From Candidatus Moraniibacteriota bacterium (GTDB taxonomy: Bacteria > Patescibacteriota > Minisyncoccia > Moranbacterales > UBA11712): DNA of 64,000 nucleotides. Shown here one piece after another: positions 25,281 to 38,085 of the stretch; the first letter of the stretch is position 1, and each line of letters opens with the position of its first letter. The stretch spans positions 1,328-65,327 of the forward strand of contig JAUXSN010000047.1 in the NCBI GenBank assembly GCA_030679895.1. The letters run 5' to 3'. The position numbers and the translations under genes are program-made. Under the pieces are notes generated by a model. The model saw only the letters and a list, made by a program, of their open reading frames with translations, had not been told where the DNA came from and did not search any database.

Positions 25281-27020
25281 TTAGTCTTTTGTCACTCTTA
25301 GTATCTCCTCAATCGAGGTGATCCCCTGAATGGCTTTTATTATACCATCCTCCATCATTTTTATCATTCCTTCTTTTTGCGCTTGCTGTTCGATTTCGTC
25401 GCTGGTCGCTTTTTTGGCAACCATCTGCGAAATCGTATCGTTCATTTCAAGAACTTCAAAGATTCCGACTCTTCCCTTATACCCTTCTTGCCGGCAGCGC
25501 GAACATCCTCCCGGGCGATAAAAAACGGCCTGCATCCAATCCCTTTTTTCCAGCAGCTTCTTGTCGAGCAGGTTATTCTTGGCCGCCAAATCAAAAATAT
25601 GGTCTAGATCAAGCTGTCCCTTGAGAGAATTAACAAGCTCTTCGTCAAGGTTGTAGGCTTGCCGGCAATCCGGACATAGTTTTCTGACCAGTCTTTGCGC
25701 CATAACGACATTTATCGTTGAGGCGACAAGAAATGCTTCCGCTCCCATGTCGAGAAGCCTTGGAATTGCTCCCGCCGCGCTGTTGGTGTGAAGCGTGGAA
25801 AGGACAAGATGGCCGGTCATAGCGGAATTAATGGCAATTTCCATTGTCTCTTTATCTCGAATTTCTCCGACCATAATAATATCCGGATCCTGGCGAAGAA
25901 GGGCTCTCAACCCCTGGGAAAAAGTAAGGCCGATCGTCGGGTTGACCTGGGTCTGATTAATTCTGAACATTTTATATTCAATCGGATCTTCCACGGTGGA
26001 AATATTGACTTGGGGCGTGTTCAAAATATCCATCATCGTATAGAGCGTTGTTGTTTTCCCTGAACCCGTCGGCCCGGTCACGAGAAGCATCCCGTTCGGT
26101 TTTTTTATGGCCTGATGAATAATCTCGAGCGGATTGCCCCATAAGCCCATTCCTTCAAGCGTGAGCCCCTTGGAAGATTCGTCGAGAAGGCGCATTACCA
26201 CCTTTTCGCCTGAATAAACGGGGAGGATCGAAACGCGAAAAGCCACGCGGCGATTATCCTGCTCGATCTTAAACCGGCCGTCTTGCGGCAATCGATGTTC
26301 ATCGAGCTTCAAATTTGATAATATTTTTATCCGGGCCACTATCCCGTCTATTACCGCCTTAGGAAGGGTCATGGCATCATGCAAGATTCCGTCAATCCGA
26401 TAGCGAACCCGGACCTCTTTTTCATCCGGTTCGATATGAATATCGCTTGCCTCCTGCAAAATGGCATGTTTGAGGAGAGTATCAACGATTCGGATGACCG
26501 GCAAATCCTGGGCCACTTTCTCAAGAGAGCCTTCACCCGAAACTTCTTGGGAATTTTTTTCAATAATATCTCCGAAATCAGCCTTAAGGCTTTGCTCATA
26601 CTGCTTAAGGGCATTGCCCATTCCTTCTTCCGTAGTGATACAGGGGGAAATCTTGAGGCCGGTCTTTTTTCGGATGAAATCAATCGTCTGCAAGTCCTCC
26701 GGATTTAGCATAGCCACCTTAAGCTCCGTTCCGGTTTTCTTGAAAGCTACTATTTGGTATTTTTTCGCGATCGGCTCCGGAATAATTTGAAGAATTTCTT
26801 TGGGAATGATTTCTTTTTCCAGATTTACAAAGGGTATTCCGAGAATATATGAGTACAGCTGACGAATCTGGTTATAATCCAAAAGTTTTTTTTCCACTAA
26901 AACATCGCCCAAGCGTTTTCCGGACTTGCCGCCTTCCGCTATAGCCTGATCAATTATTTCTTCATTCAGAAAACCCGCGTCCAGTATGAAACTTTTTAGC
27001 CTTTCGTTGTCGACTCTCAT
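25281..27020 (-). CDS. pilB: type IV pilus assembly ATPase PilB (GspE family)
   Basis: GSPII_E N-terminal domain, Walker A LVTGPTGSGKTTTLY, Asp/His boxes, and the tetracysteine motif CPDC...CSRC. Confidence 0.9.
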   Translation of the reverse strand: MRVDNERLKSFILDAGFLNEEIIDQAIAEGGKSGKRLGDVLVEKKLLDYNQIRQLYSYILGIPFVNLEKEIIPKEILQIIPEPIAKKYQIVAFKKTGTELKVAMLNPEDLQTIDFIRKKTGLKISPCITTEEGMGNALKQYEQSLKADFGDIIEKNSQEVSGEGSLEKVAQDLPVIRIVDTLLKHAILQEASDIHIEPDEKEVRVRYRIDGILHDAMTLPKAVIDGIVARIKILSNLKLDEHRLPQDGRFKIEQDNRRVAFRVSILPVYSGEKVVMRLLDESSKGLTLEGMGLWGNPLEIIHQAIKKPNGMLLVTGPTGSGKTTTLYTMMDILNTPQVNISTVEDPIEYKMFRINQTQVNPTIGLTFSQGLRALLRQDPDIIMVGEIRDKETMEIAINSAMTGHLVLSTLHTNSAAGAIPRLLDMGAEAFLVASTINVVMAQRLVRKLCPDCRQAYNLDEELVNSLKGQLDLDHIFDLAAKNNLLDKKLLEKRDWMQAVFYRPGGCSRCRQEGYKGRVGIFEVLEMNDTISQMVAKKATSDEIEQQAQKEGMIKMMEDGIIKAIQGITSIEEILRVTKD

Positions 27021-27397
27021 TATTTTAAGTTTTCTTTTACTTTTTCCAGCACGTCCTTCAAGCTGAAATCTGACTTCACCATAAAAGTGGTCGCTCCAAG
27101 ATCGAGAGCCTTCTGGACGTTATCCACTTCCTCCAGGTTGGTAAGAATCAAGACCGGGGTATTTTTTTCCTCTCCCTTTTTAATTTCAGCCAGAACTTCA
27201 TAACCGTCTTTTTTAGGAAGTATTATGTCCAACAGAACCAGATCGGGTTTTTCATCCTTAATTTTTTGCAGCCCTTCTTCGCCGTCGAGAGCGCAGCTGG
27301 TTTCATAGCCCTCCTGGGCAAGCATTTCAGACAAAGCATTCTGCAAAGATTTGTCATCTTCGATTATGAGTATTTTTCTTTTCACTTGTTCGTTCAT
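27020..27397 (-). CDS. single-domain CheY-like response regulator (PilH-like position)
   Basis: 125 aa. ILIIEDDKSL...DLVLLDIILPKKDG...K at the conserved positions. Its stop overlaps the pilB start. Confidence 0.85.
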   Translation of the reverse strand: MNEQVKRKILIIEDDKSLQNALSEMLAQEGYETSCALDGEEGLQKIKDEKPDLVLLDIILPKKDGYEVLAEIKKGEEKNTPVLILTNLEEVDNVQKALDLGATTFMVKSDFSLKDVLEKVKENLK

Positions 27398-27448
27398 GCG
27401 CTTATATTTATTGTTTATTGCTTATTGCTTTTCACGGCGCGTAAAAGG

Positions 27449-28408
27449 CTATCTGTCGACTATCGGCAAACTGACAAAGAAGGTCGATCCCTTATTCACT
27501 TCACTTTCAAACCAAATTTCCCCGCTGAAATTCTTGAGAATGGCCCTCACCAGATAAAGTCCCAGACCGACTCCTTCAGTTCGATATCTGGAAGCGTTAT
27601 CAGAACGAAAAAACTTTTCAAAAACCTGGCTATGCTGGTAGCGAGGGATTCCCGCTCCATGATCTTCGACGATAAACATAACTTTTTTCTTTTCCTTTTT
27701 CAATATGACATTAACTTCGCCGCCTTCTTCCGAATATTTAATGGCGTTTCCAATCAGGTTTTCCATCGCAATTTTCATCTTTTTTGGGTCAATAAAGACC
27801 CTCGGAAGCGGAGAACTGTCCCGAAGATTGACAATCACTTTTTTGGCTGCCTTAAGATATCCCAAATCTTCGATTACTTCTTGAGTCAGCTGGACAAGGC
27901 TCACCTTTTCTTTCACGAAAACGGACCGGCCCTGGTCAATGCGAATCACTTCCAAAAGATCATTGACGAGTTTGAGCATCCTCTCGTTCGACTTTTCGAT
28001 ATTTTTGAGAAATATGAGCTGTTTGGGAGTCAGCTTATTATCATCCCCCATACCCTTCTCCGTCTCCAGCACTTCAAGATTCCATTTAATGGCCGACAAA
28101 GGAGTGCAAAGCTGATGCGAGATAATTGAAATGAACTCGCTTTTCATGATGTTCGCTTCAGCGATTTTTTCCACCCCGCGAATAATAAAACCCCCGATTA
28201 TCATGATCAAAGCTGTCACTAAACTTACGCTTATGACAGTCACTGTTTCATCATCGTAGCGCCGGGCGATATAATTTGTGCCAATCATAGACGAAATGGT
28301 AATCATGGCCATTACCAAAAAAAGGAAGTTGGGGCACTGCCAAAGACCGAGTTTGTATCTTCGGCAAGAGGAAACGAAATCCAGCTCATCAATAAATTTT
28401 AAAAACAT
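27449..28408 (-). CDS. membrane sensor histidine kinase (HisKA + HATPase_c)
   Basis: Two N-terminal TM helices, H-box ISHQLCTPLSAI, N-box IGNAIKYS, and G-boxes VEDHGAGI / GVGLGLYLV. Confidence 0.85.
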   Translation of the reverse strand: MFLKFIDELDFVSSCRRYKLGLWQCPNFLFLVMAMITISSMIGTNYIARRYDDETVTVISVSLVTALIMIIGGFIIRGVEKIAEANIMKSEFISIISHQLCTPLSAIKWNLEVLETEKGMGDDNKLTPKQLIFLKNIEKSNERMLKLVNDLLEVIRIDQGRSVFVKEKVSLVQLTQEVIEDLGYLKAAKKVIVNLRDSSPLPRVFIDPKKMKIAMENLIGNAIKYSEEGGEVNVILKKEKKKVMFIVEDHGAGIPRYQHSQVFEKFFRSDNASRYRTEGVGLGLYLVRAILKNFSGEIWFESEVNKGSTFFVSLPIVDR

Positions 28409-28476
28409 TTTTTTGTTTTTTTATTATTAAGAAGTTTAAACAACCGAAGATTAGGCGCTTTTATTATATCACAATT

Positions 28477-30111
28477 TCAGTGCCCGAAGAAGCCTCGGGC
28501 GAGTTTGTCGGGGATTTGAATGAGAGTCGCACTTTTATCCGCGCAAAGTTTTTGGATTTCGCCATCATTGACGGAACCGGAAGTGGCAAAAATAGCCTTA
28601 ATTCCCGCATCGATCAGGACTTCAGGAGCGTCGGAAAAGGGGAAAAAGCTGTCGCTCGCCGCTACCGCGCCTTCTGATTCATGGCCGGCGTCTTTGGCGC
28701 GCTTGATGGCGAGCTCGCAGCAACCCACCCTGTCCTGCTGGCCAACCCCGTTTCCGATAAGTTTTCCGTCTCTGACTAAAGTTATCGTATTTGAATTTGA
28801 AGTCGCTGAAATCGCCCAGGCCAGGAGTATTTCAGATTTATTTTTTTCATCTATCTCGCCCTGAATTCTAATTTCCGGATGGTTGTAGTCTAAAACAAAA
28901 GTATAATTCGGCTGAGTTAGAAACCCTCCACGGACATAACGGAGTCTCTTCGTAGTATCGAAATTATTTTTATTCAAATTTTCCAGCGCCGGATTAACAA
29001 TAAAACGGCATTTATCTTTTTTGCGCCTCGAAAGCTCCAGCGCTTTTTCTGAAAATCCGGCTGTCACGATTCCGTCCAATAATCTTCTTTTTCCATTTTC
29101 CATTAAATGCGTAAGTAGTATTTCCGCTTCAGCCTCGTCAAAGTCAAAATTAAACATCGAGAGCCCCCCGAAAATGGCCCGCGGATCGCCTTCGACGACT
29201 TTTTTGATGACTTCAATTTTATCGTCGCCGTAGCTCGCCCCGCAACAATTGCCGTGCTTTACCGCCACCCCATAATATTTCGCGGAAACACTATTTATTT
29301 CGAACACCGCCGCAATATGCGTCAAAGTCTGAAGCATGCGGTCAATGTCGCAGATATTATTATAACTCGGCGCCATTTCAGTGAGAACTTTGAATTTATC
29401 AAGAGCCAGCGAATCACTCCCTCTCCTTGACAAGGAGAGGGTTGGAGTGAGGTTTGAATATAGTTTTCCCGGCGTTTGATAAGCGTTTTCGCCATACAAA
29501 GTTTCAGCAACCTGCTCACCAACTGCTCCGTTATACTTTTCTTTTGAATGAAATTTTGCCGACTCCAGGCAATATTTGGAAATAACGTATTCCGCTTTCG
29601 CCGCCAGCTCAATCCTTTCTTCCTTTGAAATATCGCCATTATTTTTCAGCTTCTTAACCACTTTTTCCCTGTCGCTCGGATCACAGATAACAATCCTTCC
29701 GCCTTTGGCCGCGGATCGGATCATAGCCGGTCCTCCGATATCTGTCGCTTCAATTACTGTTTCATAACTCGCATCCGATTTTGCAATCGCGTCTTCCAGC
29801 GGATACAGATCAACACAAACCAGATCAATAAACGGTATTTTTAGTTTTGCGAGCTCTTCCAAATCTTCCACAACTTCCGGCCTTGCCATGAGCCCGGCGT
29901 GAATTTCCCGCGAAAGCGTCACCACCCGATGGCCAAGAATAGCCTTTCCTCCCGCAATCTCCGAAACATCTTTAGCTTTTATTCCGTGCTCCGCCAAATA
30001 TTTCGCCGTCCCGCCCGAAGAAATAATCTCCCAGCCCAAATCAACCAAATTCTTGGCAAACTTTTCGATGTCTTGCTTATTGTAGACTGAAATTAATGCG
30101 GTTTTTTTCAT
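28477..30111 (-). CDS. purH: bifunctional AICAR transformylase / IMP cyclohydrolase PurH
   Basis: N-terminal MGS-like domain (MKKTALISVYNKQDI...SSGGTAKYL), then the AICARFT domain. 544 aa. Contains the family C palindromic element in-frame. Confidence 0.9.
   Translation of the reverse strand: MKKTALISVYNKQDIEKFAKNLVDLGWEIISSGGTAKYLAEHGIKAKDVSEIAGGKAILGHRVVTLSREIHAGLMARPEVVEDLEELAKLKIPFIDLVCVDLYPLEDAIAKSDASYETVIEATDIGGPAMIRSAAKGGRIVICDPSDREKVVKKLKNNGDISKEERIELAAKAEYVISKYCLESAKFHSKEKYNGAVGEQVAETLYGENAYQTPGKLYSNLTPTLSLSRRGSDSLALDKFKVLTEMAPSYNNICDIDRMLQTLTHIAAVFEINSVSAKYYGVAVKHGNCCGASYGDDKIEVIKKVVEGDPRAIFGGLSMFNFDFDEAEAEILLTHLMENGKRRLLDGIVTAGFSEKALELSRRKKDKCRFIVNPALENLNKNNFDTTKRLRYVRGGFLTQPNYTFVLDYNHPEIRIQGEIDEKNKSEILLAWAISATSNSNTITLVRDGKLIGNGVGQQDRVGCCELAIKRAKDAGHESEGAVAASDSFFPFSDAPEVLIDAGIKAIFATSGSVNDGEIQKLCADKSATLIQIPDKLARGFFGH
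29417..29454. repeat. second copy of family C palindromic element, in-frame inside purH (TCCCTCTCCTT-GAC-AAGGAGAGGG-TTGGAGTGAGGTT)
   Basis: 33 of 36 positions identical to the mpg copy. Translated on the minus strand as NLTPTLSLSRRG. Confidence 0.9.
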
Positions 30112-30282
30112 AAGGCTTATTTTATCATTATTTAAAGCATATTATTAATATACTAAACTTGGAGACAAAAAAACAGGGGCCGCGCGAACGACCCCTGTCA
30201 AACACAAAAATCCTATTTAATCACTTGCATTCCCATTCCTCCCCCGCCCGACGCTAAAGCTTTGGCGGGCGAGCATACCGAT

Positions 30283-32055
<1,773 letters not shown>

Positions 32056-32127
32056 TTAGCACTCTCACGATGCGACTGCTAATCGCAATTATTATAGAAA
32101 ATATTTTTTCTGTCAACCTCTGATGAG

Positions 32128-33123
32128 TTAACCAAACGACTCATCATATGCAACCCCGGGCGGAAATATTTCTTTTGATTTCTTTTTATATTCTTCGTAT
32201 ATTTTCACCCCCTGCGGCTCCGGCAAAAAAATTAGATTATCGTCCGTTGCTTCGATATATGCGCCCTCCTTTTTGGTTAACGGATTGCGCGAAATTCTTA
32301 TGATTTGCTTTTGCTTTAGCCAGGCTTCCATTATATCGCCTCCCAGAAAATTTATCAAGGTCTCTTTGGTTTTTTGAATAAGCCGGCTTATCTTGCTATG
32401 TTCCGTATAATATTTGGCTGGCTTCAGTTGCGGCATTTCCCAATTCGGCTTGAATTTATTGATCCAGCCGGCATTTGTCCCGCAGAATTTTTGAAAAACA
32501 TTAAATCCAAAAATGGGATATACAAAGCTATATTCGTTCGCCCCAAATAAGTCTTGGCGCTGGATTTCAAGGCTCCCGGTCGTGATAAAGTAGTTTAGGC
32601 AGATCCGATTTTTTATTCTCTTTCCATATCGCCGCTTGCTAAGCAGATGCACAACTAACGTAACCAGTAGCCGCCCGGTAAATATTCTTCCTTTTTCTAG
32701 TGCCACAAAAAAATCAATGTCGCTGCTTTGTTCCGGGTTCTTCATCGCGAGAGTTCCTGTCACCGCGACCATCCGGACGAACGGGACAAAGCGCAACCAC
32801 CAAGCCACTCGCTCCGCAATTTTGAACTTCATGATGGAATTCTTGTCGTTTTGGATTCTCTTTCCGACTAAACTCTTCCGCCCTTTCAAAAAGTAAAAGC
32901 CGCGAAATTCTTCGATGTGCTTTCTTAATTCTTTATTCTCTAGCGTTTCGATAATATTCCCAAGCGTGCAATGGAAGCTTAGCTTCCCCCGTGGAAGCTT
33001 AGCTTCCACGATCAAATATTTCCAAAGTTCGAAAGAAGTTAAGGGATGATTGAGGATGTCGCAGTAGGTAATCGTATGAAGTATATTTTTAGAAAGCTGA
33101 GATTGCACAAACGTTAAGATCAA
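32128..33123 (-). CDS. nucleotidyltransferase-fold protein (Pol-beta superfamily GS/GT...SDID motif), function unknown
   Basis: 331 aa. VAVTGTLAMKNPEQSSDIDFFVAL fits the minimal nucleotidyltransferase signature. Occupies the slot upstream of groEL. Contains the family B palindromic element in-frame. Confidence 0.45.
   Translation of the reverse strand: MILTFVQSQLSKNILHTITYCDILNHPLTSFELWKYLIVEAKLPRGKLSFHCTLGNIIETLENKELRKHIEEFRGFYFLKGRKSLVGKRIQNDKNSIMKFKIAERVAWWLRFVPFVRMVAVTGTLAMKNPEQSSDIDFFVALEKGRIFTGRLLVTLVVHLLSKRRYGKRIKNRICLNYFITTGSLEIQRQDLFGANEYSFVYPIFGFNVFQKFCGTNAGWINKFKPNWEMPQLKPAKYYTEHSKISRLIQKTKETLINFLGGDIMEAWLKQKQIIRISRNPLTKKEGAYIEATDDNLIFLPEPQGVKIYEEYKKKSKEIFPPGVAYDESFG
32973..33007. 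repeat. second copy of family B palindromic element (GGAAGCTTAGCTTCC-CCCGT-GGAAGCTTAGCTTCC), in-frame in the nucleotidyltransferase-fold gene
   Basis: Two identical 15-nt hairpin units. Translated on the minus strand as VEAKLPRGKLSF. Followed by ACGAT, as in the spacer of the GT4 copy. Confidence 0.9.
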
Positions 33124-33210
33124 AACTTAAAGCGCAAAGCGGAAAATCACAGCGTAAAGCTCGAAGTTTTTTTATTTTTGCGTTTTTGTTTTGCGCTTTT
33201 AGCTTTGCGC

Positions 33211-36033
33211 TTAGCGCATATAGCGCGCTGTCCACGTCTTCGCTCTCGCCAATTCCTTCGGCGTTCCCTCAAAAACGATCTCCCCGCCTTCATCTCCTCC
33301 CTCCGGACCAAGTTCGATTGCCCAATCCGACGCCTTGATCACATCCGGATTATGCTCGACCACCAGAACGGTGTTTCCTTTTTCCACCAGCTCGTCCAGA
33401 ATTTTGAGAAGTTTCGCCACGTCGTCAAAATGGAGCCCCACGGTCGGCTCGTCGAGAATATAGAGCGCTTTTCCGTCCGTGCGCCGCGCCAGTTCCGTCG
33501 CCAGCTTCACTCTTTGCGCTTCCCCGCCGGAAAGATTCATGGCTGATTGGCCCAGTTTCAAATATCCAAGGCCGACTTCATTGAGCTTTTTTAATTTTTC
33601 AGCCACCAACGGATAATTTGAGAAAAATGTGAGGGCGTAACTGACACTCATATCCAGCACCTCCGCGATATTGACTCCCCTGTATTCAATATCGAGAGTT
33701 TTCTGGTTATATCTTGTTCCCCGGCAGGCTTCGCAAGGAGTATAAATATCCGGCAGCAGATGCATCTCAATCTTTTTCTGGCCTTCCCCCTGGCAAATCT
33801 CGCAGCGTCCGCCCTTCATATTGAAACTGAACCGGGAAGGGGCATAACCGCGGTTTTTCGCTTCCGGCATTTCGGAAAATATGTCCCGAATATGCGAAAA
33901 TATTCCCGTATAGGTCGCCGCATTGGAACGCGGCGTGCGTCCGATAGGCGACTGGTCGATACTGATGACTTTTGAAATATTTTCCACGCCCCTTATCCTC
34001 TTATGCTTTCCCGGCAAGTCTTTGCTCCGATAAAAATGCCGGCTCAAAGCTTTGGCCAGAATATCCTGCATAAGGGAACTCTTTCCGGAACCGGAAACTC
34101 CGGCCATCACCACCAGTTTCCCGAGTGGAATTGAGACATTGATATTTTTGAGGTTGTTTTCCTCCGCTCCTTCAATCGTCATTTTTTTTCCGTTTCCAAT
34201 GCGATATTTTTTCTTCCTGAAAACTTTTCTCTTTCCCTTGAGATATTCTCCGGTTGAGGTCTTGGAGGAAAATATTTTTTTGTATGTTCCCGAGAAAATA
34301 ATCTCCCCGCCTTCTTCTCCGGCTCCCGGACCCATATCGATTATCCAGTCCGCCGACCGCATTATTCGGGGATCATGCTCAACCACAATAACGCTGTTTC
34401 CTTCTTTTTTGAGTTTTTGCAAAACTTCGATCAGCCTTTCCGTGTCTCTTTCATGAAGACCGACGGATGGCTCGTCCAGCACGTAAAGAATTCCCGTGAG
34501 TCCGGATCCCACTTGCGTGGCAAGGCGCACCCGTTGCGCTTCCCCGCCGGAAAGAGAATTGGCGTTTCGGGATAGCTTGAGATACCCCAAACCGGCTTCG
34601 CAAAGGTTCTCGATCGTATTTTCCACTTCCCTGAAAATTTCTCTTACTATATTTTTCTCGTTTTCGGAAATATCGGTTTCTTTTTCTATGGCCAGAAATT
34701 TATTTTTCAGGTGGTCGAGGCTGATATTGGACAGATCATCGATTGACATTCCGTTTATCAATACTGCCAGGGCTTCCTCGCGCAGTCTTTTTCCGCCGCA
34801 TTTGGGACAAGTTTTGATTATCATATACTTTTCGATTTCGCTTCGGATATATTCCGTGCCGGCTTCTTTGTATTTTCGCTCTAGCATCGGAACCACCCCT
34901 TCAAAACCAATCGCGCCGCCAGCCCCTCCTCTTTCTTCCCCCGATTTTTCTCCAAAAATGATTACTTCCAGCGCTTCAGGTTTTATTTTTTTCAGCGGCT
35001 GATTCAGGGAAAATCCGTATCTAGAAGATAATTTCTCCAAATTTTTGAGGTGCCCATTTTGGCCCAGATTGCGCGTACCCATATTTTTCCAGGGACGGAT
35101 CGCTCCTTCGTTCAGGCTCAAATTCCGGTTGGGAATGACCTGGTCTATATCGACATCAAGCTTTGTTCCGAGTCCCGAGCAGGCTGGGCATGATCCTTCA
35201 GGATTATTGAAGGAAAAAAGGCGGGGAGTTATTTCTTCAAGGATAAAATTGCAATCCGGACAGATCAGATATCGGTTATATTTTCTGTCTTCCATTTCGT
35301 CTTCGAAACGGATAATGACTTCTCCCCGGCCCAGCTTCATAGCCGTTTCTATTGAGTCTATCAGCCTTTCCCGATCCTGGAATTTATTGTTTATTGTTAT
35401 CCGGTCAATCACCAGCTCCGCCGTTTTAGCGGCGTTCAAAAGATCATCCTGCCGCATCGCATCCCTTATGGCCATTATCTTGCCGTCCAGCCTCGCTCTG
35501 GCATATCCCAGCTGATTGAATTCAGTTAGCATTTCCCGGACATTTTTTCCGGATCCGGAAGGCTCCGACAGGATTGCGATTTGCGCGTTCCTATTTTTCG
35601 CTTCCGCGATGATCTCGTCCGCCACTTCGTTTGATTGTTTTTCATTCAGTTCTTTTTGGCATTTCGGGCAATGCGGTTTTCCGATTTTCGCGTACAGAAT
35701 CCGGAGATAATCATAGACCTCCGTCATGGTGCCGACAGTTGAGCGCGGACTGCGATTCACATTGGTCTGGTTGATCGCGATGACGGGAGAAAGATTTTCA
35801 ATTTTGTCCACTTCCGGCTTTCTGGCTACATTCAAGAACTGCCGGGCATAGGCCGATAAATTTTCCACGTAGCGCCTGTGTCCCTCGGCAAAAATCGTGT
35901 CGAAAGCCAGCGACGATTTCCCCGATCCCGAAAGTCCGGTGATGACCACCAGCTTGTCGCGGGGAATTTTGACATCAACGTTTTTCAGATTATTCGCCCG
36001 CGCGCCTTTCACTATAAGATGCGATTTGTCCAT
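33211..36033 (-). CDS. uvrA: excinuclease ABC subunit A (UvrA)
   Basis: 940 aa. Two ABC ATPase modules ([14 protein letters not shown]; [10 protein letters not shown]), zinc-finger cysteines, and LSGGEAQR signature motifs. Confidence 0.95.
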   Translation of the reverse strand: MDKSHLIVKGARANNLKNVDVKIPRDKLVVITGLSGSGKSSLAFDTIFAEGHRRYVENLSAYARQFLNVARKPEVDKIENLSPVIAINQTNVNRSPRSTVGTMTEVYDYLRILYAKIGKPHCPKCQKELNEKQSNEVADEIIAEAKNRNAQIAILSEPSGSGKNVREMLTEFNQLGYARARLDGKIMAIRDAMRQDDLLNAAKTAELVIDRITINNKFQDRERLIDSIETAMKLGRGEVIIRFEDEMEDRKYNRYLICPDCNFILEEITPRLFSFNNPEGSCPACSGLGTKLDVDIDQVIPNRNLSLNEGAIRPWKNMGTRNLGQNGHLKNLEKLSSRYGFSLNQPLKKIKPEALEVIIFGEKSGEERGGAGGAIGFEGVVPMLERKYKEAGTEYIRSEIEKYMIIKTCPKCGGKRLREEALAVLINGMSIDDLSNISLDHLKNKFLAIEKETDISENEKNIVREIFREVENTIENLCEAGLGYLKLSRNANSLSGGEAQRVRLATQVGSGLTGILYVLDEPSVGLHERDTERLIEVLQKLKKEGNSVIVVEHDPRIMRSADWIIDMGPGAGEEGGEIIFSGTYKKIFSSKTSTGEYLKGKRKVFRKKKYRIGNGKKMTIEGAEENNLKNINVSIPLGKLVVMAGVSGSGKSSLMQDILAKALSRHFYRSKDLPGKHKRIRGVENISKVISIDQSPIGRTPRSNAATYTGIFSHIRDIFSEMPEAKNRGYAPSRFSFNMKGGRCEICQGEGQKKIEMHLLPDIYTPCEACRGTRYNQKTLDIEYRGVNIAEVLDMSVSYALTFFSNYPLVAEKLKKLNEVGLGYLKLGQSAMNLSGGEAQRVKLATELARRTDGKALYILDEPTVGLHFDDVAKLLKILDELVEKGNTVLVVEHNPDVIKASDWAIELGPEGGDEGGEIVFEGTPKELARAKTWTARYMR

Positions 36034-36132
36034 ATTTTATCCGCCTCCCTCTTCTTAATAAGGAAAGATGAGCGAGGTTGTTGAAATGAGGTAAAAAGAA
36101 AACAGCTAATTGCTAATTGTATAGTAGAAAAT

Positions 36133-36169
36133 AAAAAAAGTAAAGCCCCGCAATAAGACGGGGCTTTAC
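36133..36169 (-). terminator. rho-independent terminator of RNase J gene (GTAAAGCCCCG-CAATAAGA-CGGGGCTTTAC followed by T7 on minus strand)
   Basis: Perfect 11-bp GC-rich stem plus a U-run. Sits between the rnj stop and the uvrA start. Confidence 0.85.
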
Positions 36170-36192
36170 TCGATAAATTTATGTTATATGTC

Positions 36193-37974
36193 TTACACCT
36201 CAATCACCACCGGCAGGACCATCGGGCGGCGTTCGGTTTTTTGGAAGAGAAATTTTCCGACCACTTCCCGGATGTTGTCTTCGATGAATTTTCTTTCAGC
36301 TGAAGTGTTCCTGGAGGTCGTTTCTTTGATGGCTTTTTGCACCCGGCGCTTGGTTTCGTTCACCAGATCAAAATTGTCTTTGACATAAATGAAACCGCGA
36401 GAGGTAATCTGAATATTTCCCACCACTTCTTTGGTCTTGCTGTCAAGAAGAACTGTGATCACAAACATTCCGTCCGCCGAAAGAACTTGGCGGTCGCGCA
36501 GCACCACTTGCCCGATGTCCCCGACTCCCAGCCCGTCCACCATCACATAGCTGGTGTCCACTTTCTTGGGAAGGATTTTAGCCTTGCCTTTTTGCACTTC
36601 AAGGATGTTCCCGTTATCCAGGACAAAAATATTATTTTTAAGAAATCCGATCCTCACCGCCAGCTTCTCCGCTTCTTTCAGCATATAGTGGTTGGCGTAC
36701 ACCGGCAGAAAAAAATGGGGCCTGACCTGGCGCAGCATTTCTTGGATATCCTGGGCGCTGCAATGACCGCTGGTATGCACATCCATAATGTCGCTATGGA
36801 TAACATTGTCGCATTTCCGGTACAGATTGTCTTTGAGGCGCTGAATAGTTCTTTCATTTCCCGGGATAACGGAAGAAGAAAAGATTACCGTATCGTTCTT
36901 TTTGATCCTAATGTGTTTATGGTTGTCGGTGATGATGCGCGAGAGTACGGCATTGACTTCCCCTTGCGCGCCCGTGCAGACAATTATGATCCGATTTTCC
37001 GGATATTTCTGAATTTCAGAAACGGAAATAAAAGTTTCCTTGTGCATTTTGATATAGCCCAGCTCTTTGGCGATTTCCACGTTCATTTTCATGCTATAAC
37101 CGTCCAGAGCCACTTTTTTGCCGATTTTTTCGGCGTATTCCAGGATATAGCCGATTCTTCTTATCTGCGAAGAAAAAGTGCCGATGATAATTTTTCCCGC
37201 GGCTTCACTTATCAATTTTTCCAGATTGCGATACATTTCTTCCTCGGTAGTACGGCTGGGATTGGTCACTATGGCGCCCAAACTTTCCAGCATCAAAATC
37301 CGCGGACCGGGAAGCTTTGAAAGATGATTATACGTGACCAGCTTTCCGCTGGCAGGATTTTTTTCCATTGTCCAGTCTCCGGGATGAATGACCGTCCCGT
37401 CAGGAGTTTTTATGATCACTCCGACGGCATCCATAATGGAGTGCTCCACTTCAAAAAATTCAACTCCGAACTTGCCGAGGCGAATTTTGTCGGAAGCGGA
37501 TTTGACCCGCATAGTTTTGAGATGTTGCGCCGAGCCTTTTTGAAAATCTTCCATTTTTTTCTTGACCATGGCGATAGTCATATCTCGTCCGATTACCGGC
37601 GGATAGCCTAAATTGCGAAGGAGTATCGGCGCCGCGCCGATATGGTCCAGATGCCCGTGACTCAAAATCACCCCTCGGATTCTCTTCTCCTTGCCCTTAA
37701 GGTAGTTGATGTTGGGAATGATATAGTCGATTCCCGGCATATCCTCTTCAGGAAATTGCAGTCCCATATCCAAAATTATTATGTCGCCGCCATATTCAAA
37801 CAGCGTCATATTGCGTCCGACTTCTTCGTTCCCTCCCAGAGGAATGACGCGCAAACCGCTTTTTGAATCGCTTTGGGGCGTCGGAATTTTATTCGATTGT
37901 TCTCTTTTTTTGGCGTTTCGCGCCAAAGGTCTTTGCCGCCTCGAACGAGACAGCGCGTTTGTTTTGTTAAACAT
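36193..37974 (-). CDS. rnj: ribonuclease J (metallo-beta-lactamase / beta-CASP RNase)
   Basis: HGHLDHIGAAP (HxHxDH), beta-CASP motifs, and a C-terminal domain. 593 aa with a basic N-terminal extension. Confidence 0.9.
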   Translation of the reverse strand: MFNKTNALSRSRRQRPLARNAKKREQSNKIPTPQSDSKSGLRVIPLGGNEEVGRNMTLFEYGGDIIILDMGLQFPEEDMPGIDYIIPNINYLKGKEKRIRGVILSHGHLDHIGAAPILLRNLGYPPVIGRDMTIAMVKKKMEDFQKGSAQHLKTMRVKSASDKIRLGKFGVEFFEVEHSIMDAVGVIIKTPDGTVIHPGDWTMEKNPASGKLVTYNHLSKLPGPRILMLESLGAIVTNPSRTTEEEMYRNLEKLISEAAGKIIIGTFSSQIRRIGYILEYAEKIGKKVALDGYSMKMNVEIAKELGYIKMHKETFISVSEIQKYPENRIIIVCTGAQGEVNAVLSRIITDNHKHIRIKKNDTVIFSSSVIPGNERTIQRLKDNLYRKCDNVIHSDIMDVHTSGHCSAQDIQEMLRQVRPHFFLPVYANHYMLKEAEKLAVRIGFLKNNIFVLDNGNILEVQKGKAKILPKKVDTSYVMVDGLGVGDIGQVVLRDRQVLSADGMFVITVLLDSKTKEVVGNIQITSRGFIYVKDNFDLVNETKRRVQKAIKETTSRNTSAERKFIEDNIREVVGKFLFQKTERRPMVLPVVIEV

Positions 37975-38001
37975 AGTTTTTTAGAAGATTTATTAAATTA
38001 G

Positions 38002-38085
38002 TGCCTTGGGGGAGACTCGAACTCCCAATCCCTTGCGAGAACATGGTCCTGAACCATGCGCGTATACCAATTCCGCCACCAAGGC
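38002..38085 (-). tRNA. tRNA-Leu (CAG), type II with long variable arm
   Basis: GCCTTGGTGGCGGAATTGGTA..., anticodon stem CATGG/CCATG with loop TTCAGGA, variable arm TTCTCGCAAGGGATT, T-arm GGGAGTTCGAGTCTCCC. Confidence 0.8.

Noticed and set aside
33124-33210. Repetitive GCGCAAAGC / GCTTTGCGC motifs between uvrA and the nucleotidyltransferase-fold gene as a possible further repeat family
   Set aside because: Short GC-rich inverted repeats here are adequately explained as the uvrA terminator or promoter region of the downstream gene. No second locus with the same motif was seen.
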